Shown piece by piece: positions 19,075-29,835 of a stretch of 64,000 nucleotides of DNA. The notes beneath the pieces were generated by a model, which was given only the letters and a program-made list of their open reading frames with translations, had not been told where the DNA came from and ran no database searches. Numbering within the stretch: the stretch's first letter is position 1; every line of letters starts with the position of its first letter. Both the position numbers and the translations under genes were made by a program. Origin of the DNA: Lachnospiraceae bacterium (GTDB lineage Bacteria; Bacillota; Clostridia; Lachnospirales; Lachnospiraceae); contig JAEEMP010000045.1 in NCBI GenBank assembly GCA_016283275.1, forward strand, positions 3,528-67,527. Reading direction: 5' to 3'.

Positions 19075-19774
19075 GCTGTTTTCCGTATTCGGAAAGCAGT
19101 TTGTCTATATATCTGCTGGCTTCGTTACAGCTTAATCTTTCAATTTCATAAGGACAATCGATTGAAAATCTTTCACACATTGACTTGATGCGCTCTATCT
19201 GTGCCTTACGGATGGGCGTTTCTTTTTTGACCTTATGATTAAGCTTTTTAGGTTCAAACAACGCGGGTTCTTTGTCGTTAAATTCGTCGAAGAGCTTTAC
19301 AAACAGTTCGTGTGTTGCGATCGCATCGTTTAGCGCCCTGTGTGCATTAATTGAGATATCATAATGCTCACACATATCCGAAAGCCTTTTTGAAGGAAGC
19401 TCGGGAAGCACCGCTCTTGAAATGCGAAGTGTATCGATACCGTCCTTTTCAAAAGTAAGTTTTTCATTTACACAGGCCTGCTTGATGATCGCATAATCGG
19501 ATATAAGATGGTGGCCCAGAAGCGGAAGATCCTCGCAGAATACGGTAAAATCACCGATAACCTCAGATATATCCGGAGCATCAATAAGATCATCATCCGT
19601 TATGCCCGTAAGACTTACTATGTTTTCAGGCAACCGTCTTCCGGGATTGATAAAGGTTGAGAAAGTATCTGTTATCTCACCGTCTATAACTTTTACCGCT
19701 CCGAGCTCTATTATCTTGTCATGCTTTGGGCTAAGCCCGGTAGCCTCGGTATCAAGGCTTATATATGAATTCAT
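19064..19774 (-). CDS. DEDDh 3'-5' exonuclease (DnaQ/PolC-exo-like)
   Basis: SLDTEATGL, IIELGAVK, LTGIT, IDTL, HRALNDA; ATG overlaps the nth stop. Confidence 0.88.
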   Translation of the reverse strand: MNSYISLDTEATGLSPKHDKIIELGAVKVIDGEITDTFSTFINPGRRLPENIVSLTGITDDDLIDAPDISEVIGDFTVFCEDLPLLGHHLISDYAIIKQACVNEKLTFEKDGIDTLRISRAVLPELPSKRLSDMCEHYDISINAHRALNDAIATHELFVKLFDEFNDKEPALFEPKKLNHKVKKETPIRKAQIERIKSMCERFSIDCPYEIERLSCNEASRYIDKLLSEYGKQPKP

Positions 19775-20406
19775 TTTATTTCCTTTGCAAAAGTGGGACA
19801 GATATCTTTTAAATAGCACTCGTCGCATTTAGGACGCGGAGCCTTGCATATGGTCCGGCCCAATGCTATAAACCAGTGATTTATATATATCCAGTATTTT
19901 TTGTCCACGACTTTCATCAGATCAAATTCGGCTTTTACCGGATCGTCGGTATTTACAAGCCCAAGCTTATTGGATATACGAAGTACGTGTGTATCCACGA
20001 CCACACTGTCGATCCTGAAAATATTGCTCCTTATGACATTGGCGGTCTTTCTCCCCACTCCCGGAAGTGTTGTAAGTTTATCGATATCCGAAGGAACTTC
20101 TCCGTCAAAATCCTTAATGAGCTTTTTACAGCAGGCAATTATATTTTTGGCCTTATTGTGATAAAAACCGACAGAATGGATATCTTTTTCAAGTTCCGAA
20201 AGATCCGCATCCGCAAGTGCTTTTACCGAAGGATATTTCTTAAATAATACCTTCGTAACCTCATTTACCCTTGCATCGGTGCACTGGGCGGACATTATGG
20301 TAGCAATCAAAAGCTGCCATGCATCATCGTGATCCAAATAACATGTTAAGTCGGGGCCGTACTCGGCTTCCATCCTGTTAAAAATTTCCTGAGTCTTTGC
20401 TTTCAT
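19771..20406 (-). CDS. nth: Endonuclease III
   Basis: LLIATIMSAQCTD, HhH LPGVGRKTAN, VDTHV, CKAPRPKCDECYLKDIC 4Fe-4S motif. Confidence 0.96.
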   Translation of the reverse strand: MKAKTQEIFNRMEAEYGPDLTCYLDHDDAWQLLIATIMSAQCTDARVNEVTKVLFKKYPSVKALADADLSELEKDIHSVGFYHNKAKNIIACCKKLIKDFDGEVPSDIDKLTTLPGVGRKTANVIRSNIFRIDSVVVDTHVLRISNKLGLVNTDDPVKAEFDLMKVVDKKYWIYINHWFIALGRTICKAPRPKCDECYLKDICPTFAKEIK

Positions 20407-20412
20407 ATATCC

Positions 20413-21579
20413 TTACAGTTTATAGGGACCGTCTCCTATCTCAACAACATAGAATTCCGGAGTCTTTCCTACTTTTTCGCTGTATACTTTGGTCAATGTT
20501 TCTTTAAAATTGTCTATCGCTTCGTCTTTGACTATTGAAACCGTACAGCCGCCGAAGCCGCCCCCGGTTATTCTCGAACCGATCACTCCCGGAACGGTCC
20601 ATGCAGTCTCTGCAAGCACATCGCACTCGGGACAGCTTGTTTCGTAATCATCGCGAAGCGATACGTGAGATGCGTTCATGAGCTCACCGAAAGTCTTCAG
20701 ATCGTTGTTCTTTAAAGCTTCAACGGCTTTGATCGTACGGCGGTTTTCATATACGGCGTGCTTGCCGCGCTTTCTTGCGATTTCGTCCCTGATCGCATCT
20801 TTATGAGCTTCAAACTCTTCCTCGTTTAAGTCTCCGAGAGTCTTTATGTCAATAACCTTTTTAAGAGCCTCAAGCGCCTCTGTACTCTCTTTTCTCCTGT
20901 CATTATATGCACTGGTGACAAGGCTGTGCTTTACAAGCGAGTTGGTGACCACTATCTTTGCTCCGTCGAGTTTGATGGGCGCATATTCAAAATTAAGGGT
21001 TGCCGTATCAAGAAAAATAGCATTATCCTTTTTGCCCATTGCGGATGCAAACTGATCCATGATACCGCAGTTCATTCCGTTGAAATTATTCTCGGAATAC
21101 TGTCCGATCAAAGCCAGATCTTCGTTGGTAAAATCAAAACCGTATATGTCATTTAACATATATCCCGTCAGGACTTCAAGCGAAGCGGACGATGAAAGAC
21201 CCGAACCGTTCGGTATGTTTCCCGCTATGACCATATCGAATCCGTGAGGAAGCTTTTTGCCGCGCTTTTCAAAAGTCCATACAATGCCCAAAGGATAAGC
21301 GGCCCATTTCCACTCATTCGACGGTTCAATATCTTTTTTAAGATCCGCTTCGATAACACCCGCATTTTCAAAATTCATCGAATAGAAACGCACCTTCATA
21401 TCATCGCGTTCTTTTACCGCCGCATATGTACCTATCGTAAGTGCACAGGGAAAAACATGGCCTCCGTTATAATCGGTGTGTTCTCCTATAAGATTTACCC
21501 TGCCCGGGGCAAAATAACACTTTACCCCGTCAGTTGTATGAAATACCTTTTCAAAACCTTTTAATACAGTTTCTTTCAC
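20413..21579 (-). CDS. galK: Galactokinase
   Basis: APGRVNLIGEHTDYNGG, GSGLSSSAS, CGIMDQFAS, GSRITGGGFGGC. Confidence 0.97.
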   Translation of the reverse strand: MKETVLKGFEKVFHTTDGVKCYFAPGRVNLIGEHTDYNGGHVFPCALTIGTYAAVKERDDMKVRFYSMNFENAGVIEADLKKDIEPSNEWKWAAYPLGIVWTFEKRGKKLPHGFDMVIAGNIPNGSGLSSSASLEVLTGYMLNDIYGFDFTNEDLALIGQYSENNFNGMNCGIMDQFASAMGKKDNAIFLDTATLNFEYAPIKLDGAKIVVTNSLVKHSLVTSAYNDRRKESTEALEALKKVIDIKTLGDLNEEEFEAHKDAIRDEIARKRGKHAVYENRRTIKAVEALKNNDLKTFGELMNASHVSLRDDYETSCPECDVLAETAWTVPGVIGSRITGGGFGGCTVSIVKDEAIDNFKETLTKVYSEKVGKTPEFYVVEIGDGPYKL

Positions 21580-21601
21580 TTGATCATCCTCCCTTATCCC
21601 G

Positions 21602-23659
21602 CTACAAAAGTGCGATCATCTCAACAGCCTGCTGTTTGGTACCGTCGTAATCTATGTTGTCCACACATTCACGCAGCTTCTGGTAACTTTCTTCCACAAG
21701 GCTGTCATATTCATATCTTTCAAGCTCATCGCAGATCCTCTCTGCAGCATCGTAATCAAACTCATCCATTGCATGGAAAAGATCTCTTAAGATCTCACCG
21801 GCTTTTTCCCGAAGGAGCGGGATCTTTCTGGTCCTCGGGCGACCGATATTCGCTATCTTTTTGATCTCTGCCTCGACCGCCTCATACTCTTTTAAAAGTT
21901 CTCCGTGCTTTTCCTTTATCGCTTCCATATCACGTTTGTGACCCAGCTTTTCAAGCTCTTCGGCCATGAAACTTAAATTATCGGCTCCGATCGTACGTGA
22001 AAGAGATTTTAAAGAATGGACTTCTATCGTATAACGACCCACATCCTCTTCGCCCACAAGTTTTGTGAGAGAAACCTTCCTCGAAAGCGCGCCGCCCAGA
22101 AAATCACGAAGGATCGTCATATACATCTTTCCGCTTCCGCCCGTATACGAAAGGCCCTGCTGCGGGATTATATGTTCGAGCTCAAGCGCTTCAAAATCGG
22201 GAAGTCCGTCGGTCGGATTCTCAACCTCAAGATACCCGACCTGCTGCTTCGACTCCGGGATCCACTTTTTAAGCGTATCTATAAGTACATTAAGATCTAT
22301 GGGCTTTGCCACGAAATCGTTCATCCCCGATTCCGTAAAAAGTATCCTGCTTTCCTCAAGAACATTTGCCGAAAGTGCTACTATCGGAAGAGTCTTGAAA
22401 TATTCATCTCCGGCCTGCCTTATGATACGCGTTGCCTGTGTACCGTCCACGCCGGGCATCATATGATCCATGAGCACAAGGTCATAACGCGTCCGGTGTA
22501 TCATTCTTATTGCTTCTTCACCGCCTGTTGCGGTATCAACGGTTGCTTTATACGGAAGCAGAAGACCCGCTATGACTTTAAGATTTATGGCGTTATCATC
22601 CACCACAAGGATCCTTGCTCCTTCAAAAAACATCGTTTCCCGCTTTCCGCCCTGAGTCTTTTTATGAAACAGGGTCAAAAGATCAGGGTAAAAGAACGGT
22701 CTTCTGAACACACCGATATCATCTTCCGAAATGTCGGTAAAGATATTCGCAAGACAGATCACTTTTGTATTAAGTTCCCAGAATTCTTTAACATCCTTTA
22801 TACGTCTGTATCTTTCATATTCGATGATAAGATATTCCGGCCTGTCATCGTCTTTGTATATAAACAGCTCCGTCGGATTGTCTATTACCTTAAAATCCAC
22901 AGCGGCTCTGTCAAAATAATCTATTACTGCCTGCCTCTCGCGACGGTTCTTTAGCGATACGGCAAAAGAAGCTTCTATGGTTTCGGGATTTCTGACCCTG
23001 ACCGCTCCTTCGACTGCGATGATCTCAAAATCAAAATATACGGTCTGCGAAGAGCCTGTATCGTCGATAACATGCAGCTCACTTCCGATATATTCGATAA
23101 ATTCGGCCATTATCGGAAGCCCTTCTTCGGTATTCTCTATCGTAAACCGGATCTTGGTCTTTTCGGCATCGGCAAAGTTGACCGTGAGCGCCACATAATC
23201 CCTGCTCACATCCTTTGCGGCATTTGAAAGAAAATACACCAAAACCTGTTTAAGCCTCGTGCTGTCCATCATTATCTCTTCAGGAAGACAGGGGTCTATA
23301 TCGGTCACGAACAGGATGTCGCGGTCGCCTATATTGATCTTCGCCATATCGATGACTTCACGGATCACCTTTTCAAGGTTCATGCGTTCTCTGTGAAGAA
23401 CAAGCCTTCCGCCCGACATCTCGTCATAATCTATTACATTATTGATGACCATAAGAAGGTTCTGTGTTGCAGTCTGAAGAGAAGAGACATATTCCATCTC
23501 CTCAAGATCCGTCACCTTATTCATAAGGATCTCGGACAATCCCACGATAGCATTCATAGGTGTCCTGACCTCATGGCTTAAACTTGCCAGAAACGGGTAT
23601 TCGGCAGTATTCTCTTCATCATGGTCATATTCGCCGTTATAATTTCTTACTCTTGCCAT
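21602..23659 (-). CDS. Cytoplasmic hybrid HisKA-degenerate HATPase-REC-Hpt signalling protein
   Basis: LSHEVRTPMNAI H-box; ILVVDDN / LMDHMMP / FVAKP receiver; IEVHSLKS Hpt. No TM segment; HATPase G-boxes absent. Confidence 0.85.
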   Translation of the reverse strand: MARVRNYNGEYDHDEENTAEYPFLASLSHEVRTPMNAIVGLSEILMNKVTDLEEMEYVSSLQTATQNLLMVINNVIDYDEMSGGRLVLHRERMNLEKVIREVIDMAKINIGDRDILFVTDIDPCLPEEIMMDSTRLKQVLVYFLSNAAKDVSRDYVALTVNFADAEKTKIRFTIENTEEGLPIMAEFIEYIGSELHVIDDTGSSQTVYFDFEIIAVEGAVRVRNPETIEASFAVSLKNRRERQAVIDYFDRAAVDFKVIDNPTELFIYKDDDRPEYLIIEYERYRRIKDVKEFWELNTKVICLANIFTDISEDDIGVFRRPFFYPDLLTLFHKKTQGGKRETMFFEGARILVVDDNAINLKVIAGLLLPYKATVDTATGGEEAIRMIHRTRYDLVLMDHMMPGVDGTQATRIIRQAGDEYFKTLPIVALSANVLEESRILFTESGMNDFVAKPIDLNVLIDTLKKWIPESKQQVGYLEVENPTDGLPDFEALELEHIIPQQGLSYTGGSGKMYMTILRDFLGGALSRKVSLTKLVGEEDVGRYTIEVHSLKSLSRTIGADNLSFMAEELEKLGHKRDMEAIKEKHGELLKEYEAVEAEIKKIANIGRPRTRKIPLLREKAGEILRDLFHAMDEFDYDAAERICDELERYEYDSLVEESYQKLRECVDNIDYDGTKQQAVEMIALL

Positions 23660-23668
23660 TTGATTTCC

Positions 23669-25600
23669 TTAATCAAACTGTGAAAGCTGTTTATCTGTTT
23701 CGCTCCACTCCTCCATTGCGGTAAGGAGTTCCTCTTCTTTGGCATCGATCATATTCTGGATCTTTGTAAGTTCACCGTAATCCGCGGCTATAGCGGGATT
23801 TAAAAGTTCGTCCTTTTTAAGCTGAATCTCGCTTTCAAGAAGATTTATCTTTTCTTCGATCTTCTCCAGTTTCTTTGATAACTTCGACTTTTCCTTGCCG
23901 GGATTGTTGTATGAAGGCTTTGCGTTCTCCGAAGGTTTCTTTTCTTCGGGTGTTTTTTCCTTTACGGCAAAAGAAACCTGGTCCGCCTCGGCTTTTTCCC
24001 TTGCTTCTTCGTACTCTCCGTATCCGAACCGGTACACCTTGACTCCGTCCTTTGTAAAATCAAGGACTTTTGTGGCCACCTTACTTATAAAATATCGGTC
24101 GTGAGAAACAAATATCACGCTTCCCGCAAAATCCTTAAGCATACTTTCAAGCGTTTCCTTGCCCACTATATCCATGTGGTTTGTGGGCTCATCAAGGATC
24201 AAAAAGTTCGGTCCCGTCTTAAATATCTTTGAAAGCGCAAGCCTTACACGCTCACCGCCGGATAGCATGCTTACTTTTTTAAATACGTCCTCGCCCGAAA
24301 ACAAAAAAGCACCCAGATCGTTTCTTACTTCCGTTTCCGTAAGTGTCGGAAATTCATCCCAATAATCGTCTATAACCTGTTTGTCGGAAGAATACTGCGC
24401 CATCTGCTGATCGAAATAACCCACATCGACGTTGACACCGTACTTAAAGTATCCCGAAAGAGGCTCAAGCTTACCCACAAGCGTCTTTAGAAATGTTGAT
24501 TTTCCGATACCGTTCCCACCGATGATACCTATCTTTTCGCCGCGCTTCATATCAAGCGAAACCGTTTCAAGCACACTGTCATATCCCACCGAAAGTTTGT
24601 CAATGAACAGTACATCTTTTCCGGTCTCACGAAGCGGTTTAAACGAAGCATGAAAACTCTTTGTATCGTACCTGTCCGGCGCTTCGATGATATCCATATG
24701 CTCTATGGCTTTAAGTTTTGACCTGGTCATGGATACTTTCGTGGGCGTATTTTTATATTTTTCGACGATCGTATTTAATCGCTCTATTTCTTTCTGCTGA
24801 GCTTCGTAATCCTTTTTCTGCTTCTCCCATGCAGCCTTCTTAAGCTCCACGAATTTTGTGTAATTACCGGGATATCTTGTGATCTTTCCGTATTCTATCT
24901 CGTAGACCGTCTCGACGATCCTGTCCAAAAACATTCTGTCATGGGATACCACAACAACTGCTCTCGGGTAATCCTTAAGATATCCTTCAAGCCATTCAAC
25001 GGTCTCGATATCCAAATGGTTTGTGGGCTCGTCGAGAAGAAGGATATCCGGCTTCTCCAGAAGAAGCTTTACAAATGCTATCTTGGTGCGCTGTCCTCCC
25101 GAAAAATCGGAAAGCGGCTTTTTCTTGTCTTCTTCGGAAAATCCGAATTTTTTAAGTACTACTTCGTATTCTTTTTCATAATAATAGCCGCCGAGATATT
25201 CAAATCGGTCTTCAAGCGCAGTGTACTTTGAAACCGTCTCCTCGGAGTGGTCGGTTTCCATTTGCGCCACTAAGCTCTCAAGGCGTGACTTCATCTCGCG
25301 GATCGGCGCAAAAACTTTTTTGATCTCTTCCTCGAGAGTGATCGTATCATCTGCAAAGGTCATCTGCTTAAGATAACCGATTACGGGATTTCCCGTTTTT
25401 GCGATAAAAATATCCTCGTCGGAATCACGTTTTACAAGATCGACCTCTCCCGAAATAAGTTTGAGAAGTGTTGTTTTCCCGCAGCCGTTTCGACCCACTA
25501 CGGCAATTTTTTCCTTGTTGTTCTTAATCTCAAAATTTATATTCTTTAATATTGTTTCGGCGCCGTACATGACGGCGCCGTTATGAATCTGGTAGATCAT
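23669..25600 (-). CDS. ABC-F family ATP-binding protein
   Basis: Two ABC cassettes (GRNGCGKTT/FSGGQ/LLLDEPTNH; GGNGIGKST/LSGGE), no TM, C-terminal coiled coil. Confidence 0.93.
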   Translation of the reverse strand: MIYQIHNGAVMYGAETILKNINFEIKNNKEKIAVVGRNGCGKTTLLKLISGEVDLVKRDSDEDIFIAKTGNPVIGYLKQMTFADDTITLEEEIKKVFAPIREMKSRLESLVAQMETDHSEETVSKYTALEDRFEYLGGYYYEKEYEVVLKKFGFSEEDKKKPLSDFSGGQRTKIAFVKLLLEKPDILLLDEPTNHLDIETVEWLEGYLKDYPRAVVVVSHDRMFLDRIVETVYEIEYGKITRYPGNYTKFVELKKAAWEKQKKDYEAQQKEIERLNTIVEKYKNTPTKVSMTRSKLKAIEHMDIIEAPDRYDTKSFHASFKPLRETGKDVLFIDKLSVGYDSVLETVSLDMKRGEKIGIIGGNGIGKSTFLKTLVGKLEPLSGYFKYGVNVDVGYFDQQMAQYSSDKQVIDDYWDEFPTLTETEVRNDLGAFLFSGEDVFKKVSMLSGGERVRLALSKIFKTGPNFLILDEPTNHMDIVGKETLESMLKDFAGSVIFVSHDRYFISKVATKVLDFTKDGVKVYRFGYGEYEEAREKAEADQVSFAVKEKTPEEKKPSENAKPSYNNPGKEKSKLSKKLEKIEEKINLLESEIQLKKDELLNPAIAADYGELTKIQNMIDAKEEELLTAMEEWSETDKQLSQFD

Positions 25601-25609
25601 CTTTTAACC

Positions 25610-27739
25610 TTAATGCTTTCTCTTGGATCTTATCACCACTGCCGAAATGGGCGGCATCGTGATCTCGTGCTTTCCGTTTGCTTCGATCTTTATATCCAGT
25701 GATCTGTTGTCGTATCCGAGCTCGTCTGTGTACATTATACGCTCGTAAGCCGTTCCGTGAATGTTTATCAGATCCATAAACGAAACGGAAAGTTTTCTTT
25801 CATTTGTATCCCTGTTTACCAAAACTATGGTCGCGTTGTCTTTTGTAAATCTGCCGTAGCCTATTACAAAAGGTTCTCCGACAAGTTTCATGAGGGATCC
25901 GTGCTTAAGTTCCTCGCTTGCCTTATGGATATTGATCATCTCACGATGAAACTCTATAAGCCCCTGGTCCTCGCGTCCCCAGGGATAAGTACGACGGTTA
26001 TCGGGATCCGTAAAACCCGTTAATCCCGCTTCATCGCCGTAGTATATTGTAGGTGCACCCGTCCAGGTCATCTGTATTATAACCGCCTGACGCATGATAG
26101 CCTTGTCAACACCTTCATCGGCCACATGAGCCCCAACGCTTCCGCTGCGTCCTACTTTTCCGTTTGTACGTGTCAAAAATCTTGAATGATCATGATTTGA
26201 AAGTTGGTTCATTGACACAGAAAGAGCGGAATTCGAAAGCCTGTAGTGCGCATTCCACATAGCCTCCCAAAATGCATGAGAATTACCGAGCATATCGGGC
26301 CTAAAATCATCGCTGTGCTTCTGCATACCCGTAAGAAACCAAGTAACAGGCTCCATAAAACCGTCATAGTTCATGACGGAATCCCATTCTTTTCCGTTAA
26401 GCCAGCTTGCCGGATCTCCGTAATGCTCCGCAAGTATCAAAGCTTCGGGATTGGCATCTTTTACATATCTTCTGAAACGTTTGAAAAACTCATGGTTGAA
26501 CTCAGGCGAATGGCCTATGTCCGCTGCCACATCGAGTCTCCAGCCGTCCACATTGTAAGGCTTTGACACCCACTTTGCCGCTATGTCCATTACTTTATCG
26601 AAAAGCTCGTGGGATGCTTCATAATTAAGCTTGGGAAGCGTATCATATCCCCACCAGCCGTCATAATTGCCATTATACGGCCAGTTATCCGATTTAAAGT
26701 CAAAGAACTTTCTGTACGGACTGTCTGCGGAAATATAGGCTCCCTTTGCATAGTCTTCACTGTCTTCGTATATCCTTTCACGATCGAGCCACTTGTTGAA
26801 GGAACCGCAGTGATTGAATACACCGTCCAGGATAACTCTTATACCGAGCCTGTGTGCCTCCTCCACAAGGTGTTTAAACAGTTCGTCGGATGCTTCGAGA
26901 TTTTCCTTTGAACAGACTCTTGTTTGATACTTTGTGGCGTGTCTGTTATCGCTGTCACCCGGCTCCAAGCATTCTCCGCCGTCTTTGACTATCTTGCCGA
27001 AGTGAGGGTCGATATGTTCATAGTCCTGACTGTCATATTTATGATTGGAAGGGGAAACAAAAAGAGGGTTAAAGTATATGCAGTCTATACCAAGGTTCTT
27101 TAAGTAAGGGAGTTTATCTATGACACCCTGAAGATCACCGCCGTAAAATTCCTTTGTACCGTCGACATTCGGTATCTTGTACCAGTCCTCAACCTTATTG
27201 ACCGGACCGCCTACATAAAAATACTCACCGTTTTCAACATCGTTTGTGGGATCTCCGTTGCAGAACCTTTCCACATAGATCTGATACATTACCGCACCTT
27301 TTGCCCATGCGGGAGTATGATAACCCGGTATTATCCTGAAAAGATTATGAGGTACCTTTTCTTTGGAAATGCCCCTTGCATCGTATGTACAGCGTATCCT
27401 GCCGGCATGTATCTCAAAATAATAATAAAAGTCGTCCTGGTTGAGTGTTACCGTACACTCGTAATAGTCAAAAGCCTTATCCTCATCCACCTTTGACATA
27501 GGGTATTTCTCGCCTTCGGATGAAATAAGGTATACACTGTCCACACCGCTGTTTGCGGTACGAAATCTTATCGAAACATTTCCGTAAGGATTCGGCTCTG
27601 CCGGAGATATATAATTTTCGGTAGTATCCGAGAAAAGTGCCTTGCTTATAAATATCGGACGCATCTCCACAAGGTACTTTTTGGCATCTATTTTTCTTTT
27701 ATCATCGTCGTTAATCATAGCGTTTTCACCGATACCCAT
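25610..27739 (-). CDS. GH13 alpha-glycosidase (neopullulanase/cyclomaltodextrinase-like)
   Basis: YQIYVERF, FYGGDLQG, SNHKYD, LDGVFNH, DGWRLDVA, ILAEH, SNHDHSR, IYYGDE. Confidence 0.93.
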   Translation of the reverse strand: MGIGENAMINDDDKRKIDAKKYLVEMRPIFISKALFSDTTENYISPAEPNPYGNVSIRFRTANSGVDSVYLISSEGEKYPMSKVDEDKAFDYYECTVTLNQDDFYYYFEIHAGRIRCTYDARGISKEKVPHNLFRIIPGYHTPAWAKGAVMYQIYVERFCNGDPTNDVENGEYFYVGGPVNKVEDWYKIPNVDGTKEFYGGDLQGVIDKLPYLKNLGIDCIYFNPLFVSPSNHKYDSQDYEHIDPHFGKIVKDGGECLEPGDSDNRHATKYQTRVCSKENLEASDELFKHLVEEAHRLGIRVILDGVFNHCGSFNKWLDRERIYEDSEDYAKGAYISADSPYRKFFDFKSDNWPYNGNYDGWWGYDTLPKLNYEASHELFDKVMDIAAKWVSKPYNVDGWRLDVAADIGHSPEFNHEFFKRFRRYVKDANPEALILAEHYGDPASWLNGKEWDSVMNYDGFMEPVTWFLTGMQKHSDDFRPDMLGNSHAFWEAMWNAHYRLSNSALSVSMNQLSNHDHSRFLTRTNGKVGRSGSVGAHVADEGVDKAIMRQAVIIQMTWTGAPTIYYGDEAGLTGFTDPDNRRTYPWGREDQGLIEFHREMINIHKASEELKHGSLMKLVGEPFVIGYGRFTKDNATIVLVNRDTNERKLSVSFMDLINIHGTAYERIMYTDELGYDNRSLDIKIEANGKHEITMPPISAVVIRSKRKH

Positions 27740-27820
27740 CCCCTTTTGTTATATTACCATATTTTAATGATAAAGGCGACTTTTTAAATAGTTATCTGCA
27801 AAAACCACAGTCTTTTACAT

Positions 27821-27918
27821 AAAAAGAAAAGCGGTGCTTACGCATCGCTCGTTCTTTTGAGAAGGTATTTCTTCTTATGGGGTATAGCAAAAAACTATAT
27901 AATGTATTGGGGGGTTAC
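27821..27918 (-). ncRNA. Candidate stand-alone small RNA (about 100 nt)
   Basis: Minus strand extended -10 TGCTAATAT (27925-27933), C-rich unpaired body, terminator hairpin with U tract at 27821-27858; no ORF. Confidence 0.45.
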
Positions 27919-28010
27919 AAGTGTATATTAGCAAACCCCTTGTAAATCGTAAATGCTAAGTCTCACAAAATTTACAAAAACACTTGCTAACTTTTGTGCA
28001 AACTGCACAA

Positions 28011-29822
28011 TTATGCAAATAAAGCTTCAAATTCATCGCGTCCGATCTTTTCTTTTTCAAGTAAAAGCTTTGCACTTGCATGAAGGACGGACATATGATC
28101 TTTGATGATATCTTCGGCTTTCTGATAACACTCATCGATTATGGCTTTTACTTCACGGTCGATCTCGCTTGCGACTTCTTCGGAGTGACCCTTTGCATGT
28201 GCAAGATCGCGACCGATAAATACCTCATCGTCCTCATCTTCATAACAGATCACACCGATGTTTTTGCTCATGCCGTACTTTGTGACCATACGTCTCGCCA
28301 TCTTTGTGGCCTTCTTGATATCGCTTGATGCTCCCGTCGTGATATCGCCGAATATAAGCTCTTCCGCGATACGACCGCCGAGCGATACCATGATCTCCTG
28401 AAGCATCCTGCCTCTGGTCATGAACATCTCATCTCTTTCGGGTAAGGGCATTGTATAACCCGCCGCACCGAGGCCTGTAGGGATAATGGAAACCGAATAT
28501 ACAGGGCCCACATCCGGAAGCACGTGGAATAAGATCGCATGACCCGATTCGTGATATGCCGTGATATTCTTTTCCTTATCGGAGATGATGCGGCTCTTCT
28601 TCTCGGTACCGATACCGACTTTAACAAAAGATTTCTTGATATCTTCCTGAGTAAGATACTGTCTGTCTCCCTTAGCTGCCTGAATGGCCGCTTCGTTTAA
28701 AAGATTCTCAAGATCCGCTCCGGTAAAACCGGCTGTTGTCTGTGCGATGTCTTTAAGGTTTACGTCATCACCCAACGGCTTATTCTTTGCATGGATATTA
28801 AGGATCTCTTCTCTTCCGCCTATATCCGGAACACCGATCGCGATCTTGCGGTCGAAACGACCGGGTCTTAAGATGGCCGGATCGAGTATATCCACACGGT
28901 TTGTAGCTGCGAGTACGATTATCCCGGAATTCTCTCCGAAACCGTCCATTTCCACAAGCAGCTGATTAAGTGTCTGTTCACGTTCATCGTGGCCGCCGCC
29001 CATACCTGTACCACGACGTCTTGCTACGGCGTCTATTTCATCGATAAATACTATACAGGGTGCGTTCTTCTTGGCATCAAGGAAAAGATCCCTGACACGG
29101 GATGCACCTACACCTACAAACATTTCCACGAAATCGGAACCGGAAATGCTGAAAAACGGAACATTGGCTTCGCCTGCGATAGCTTTTGCAAGAAGTGTCT
29201 TACCTGTTCCGGGAGGTCCCTCAAGCAAAACACCCTTGGGGATCCTGGCCCCTACCTTCACAAACTTTGCGGGATTTTTCAAAAACTCAACGATCTCTTC
29301 AAGTTCCTCTTTTTCCTCTCTGAGTCCCGCAACATCCTTAAGGGTTATCTTGTTTTCGCCGCCCGCATACATTCTGGCACGAGATTTTCCAAAATTCATC
29401 ATCTTGGAACTCTGTCCGCCGCCCGCAGTCTGCGAAGTCATCATTACGAAAAGGAACACACCCACGATCAGGATTATGAGAATGGGAAGCATGTAGGTCA
29501 AAAACCAGTTCTGCCTCGGAATATCTCCTATATAGAGCGGGACATCCTGCTTCTCCAGCAATTTTTCAATCTCGGTAACATCGGTCACGAACAGTTCTTT
29601 GAAACTTCCGTCATTGAATGTTACCTCTGCGGCACCGGTCTCGTTGTTGGCATTGGGCTCAAGCACAACTTCTTTTACAAGACCTGCGTTGATATCCTCG
29701 ATAAGTTTATCCTTTGTGTAATAGTTCTTGTTCTTCTGCAGGAATGAGAGGATAATGGCGCAGATGAGAAGAGCTATCATCAGGATAAAATAAATTCTGT
29801 AGCCCGAATTTTTCTTAGACAA
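28011..29822 (-). CDS. ftsH: ATP-dependent zinc metalloprotease FtsH
   Basis: Two [30 protein letters not shown]. Confidence 0.98.
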   Translation of the reverse strand: MSKKNSGYRIYFILMIALLICAIILSFLQKNKNYYTKDKLIEDINAGLVKEVVLEPNANNETGAAEVTFNDGSFKELFVTDVTEIEKLLEKQDVPLYIGDIPRQNWFLTYMLPILIILIVGVFLFVMMTSQTAGGGQSSKMMNFGKSRARMYAGGENKITLKDVAGLREEKEELEEIVEFLKNPAKFVKVGARIPKGVLLEGPPGTGKTLLAKAIAGEANVPFFSISGSDFVEMFVGVGASRVRDLFLDAKKNAPCIVFIDEIDAVARRRGTGMGGGHDEREQTLNQLLVEMDGFGENSGIIVLAATNRVDILDPAILRPGRFDRKIAIGVPDIGGREEILNIHAKNKPLGDDVNLKDIAQTTAGFTGADLENLLNEAAIQAAKGDRQYLTQEDIKKSFVKVGIGTEKKSRIISDKEKNITAYHESGHAILFHVLPDVGPVYSVSIIPTGLGAAGYTMPLPERDEMFMTRGRMLQEIMVSLGGRIAEELIFGDITTGASSDIKKATKMARRMVTKYGMSKNIGVICYEDEDDEVFIGRDLAHAKGHSEEVASEIDREVKAIIDECYQKAEDIIKDHMSVLHASAKLLLEKEKIGRDEFEALFA

Positions 29823-29835
29823 CTTATTTCTCCTT

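Noticed and set aside
22016-22954. 312-aa plus-strand ORF
   Set aside because: Antisense to the hybrid kinase; no recognisable motifs; typical codon-mirror ORF.
27928-27959. TTAGCA...TGCTAA as a CIRCE element
   Set aside because: Spacing is too long and the inner CTC/GAG bases are missing.
28989-29747. 252-aa plus-strand ORF
   Set aside because: Antisense shadow of ftsH.
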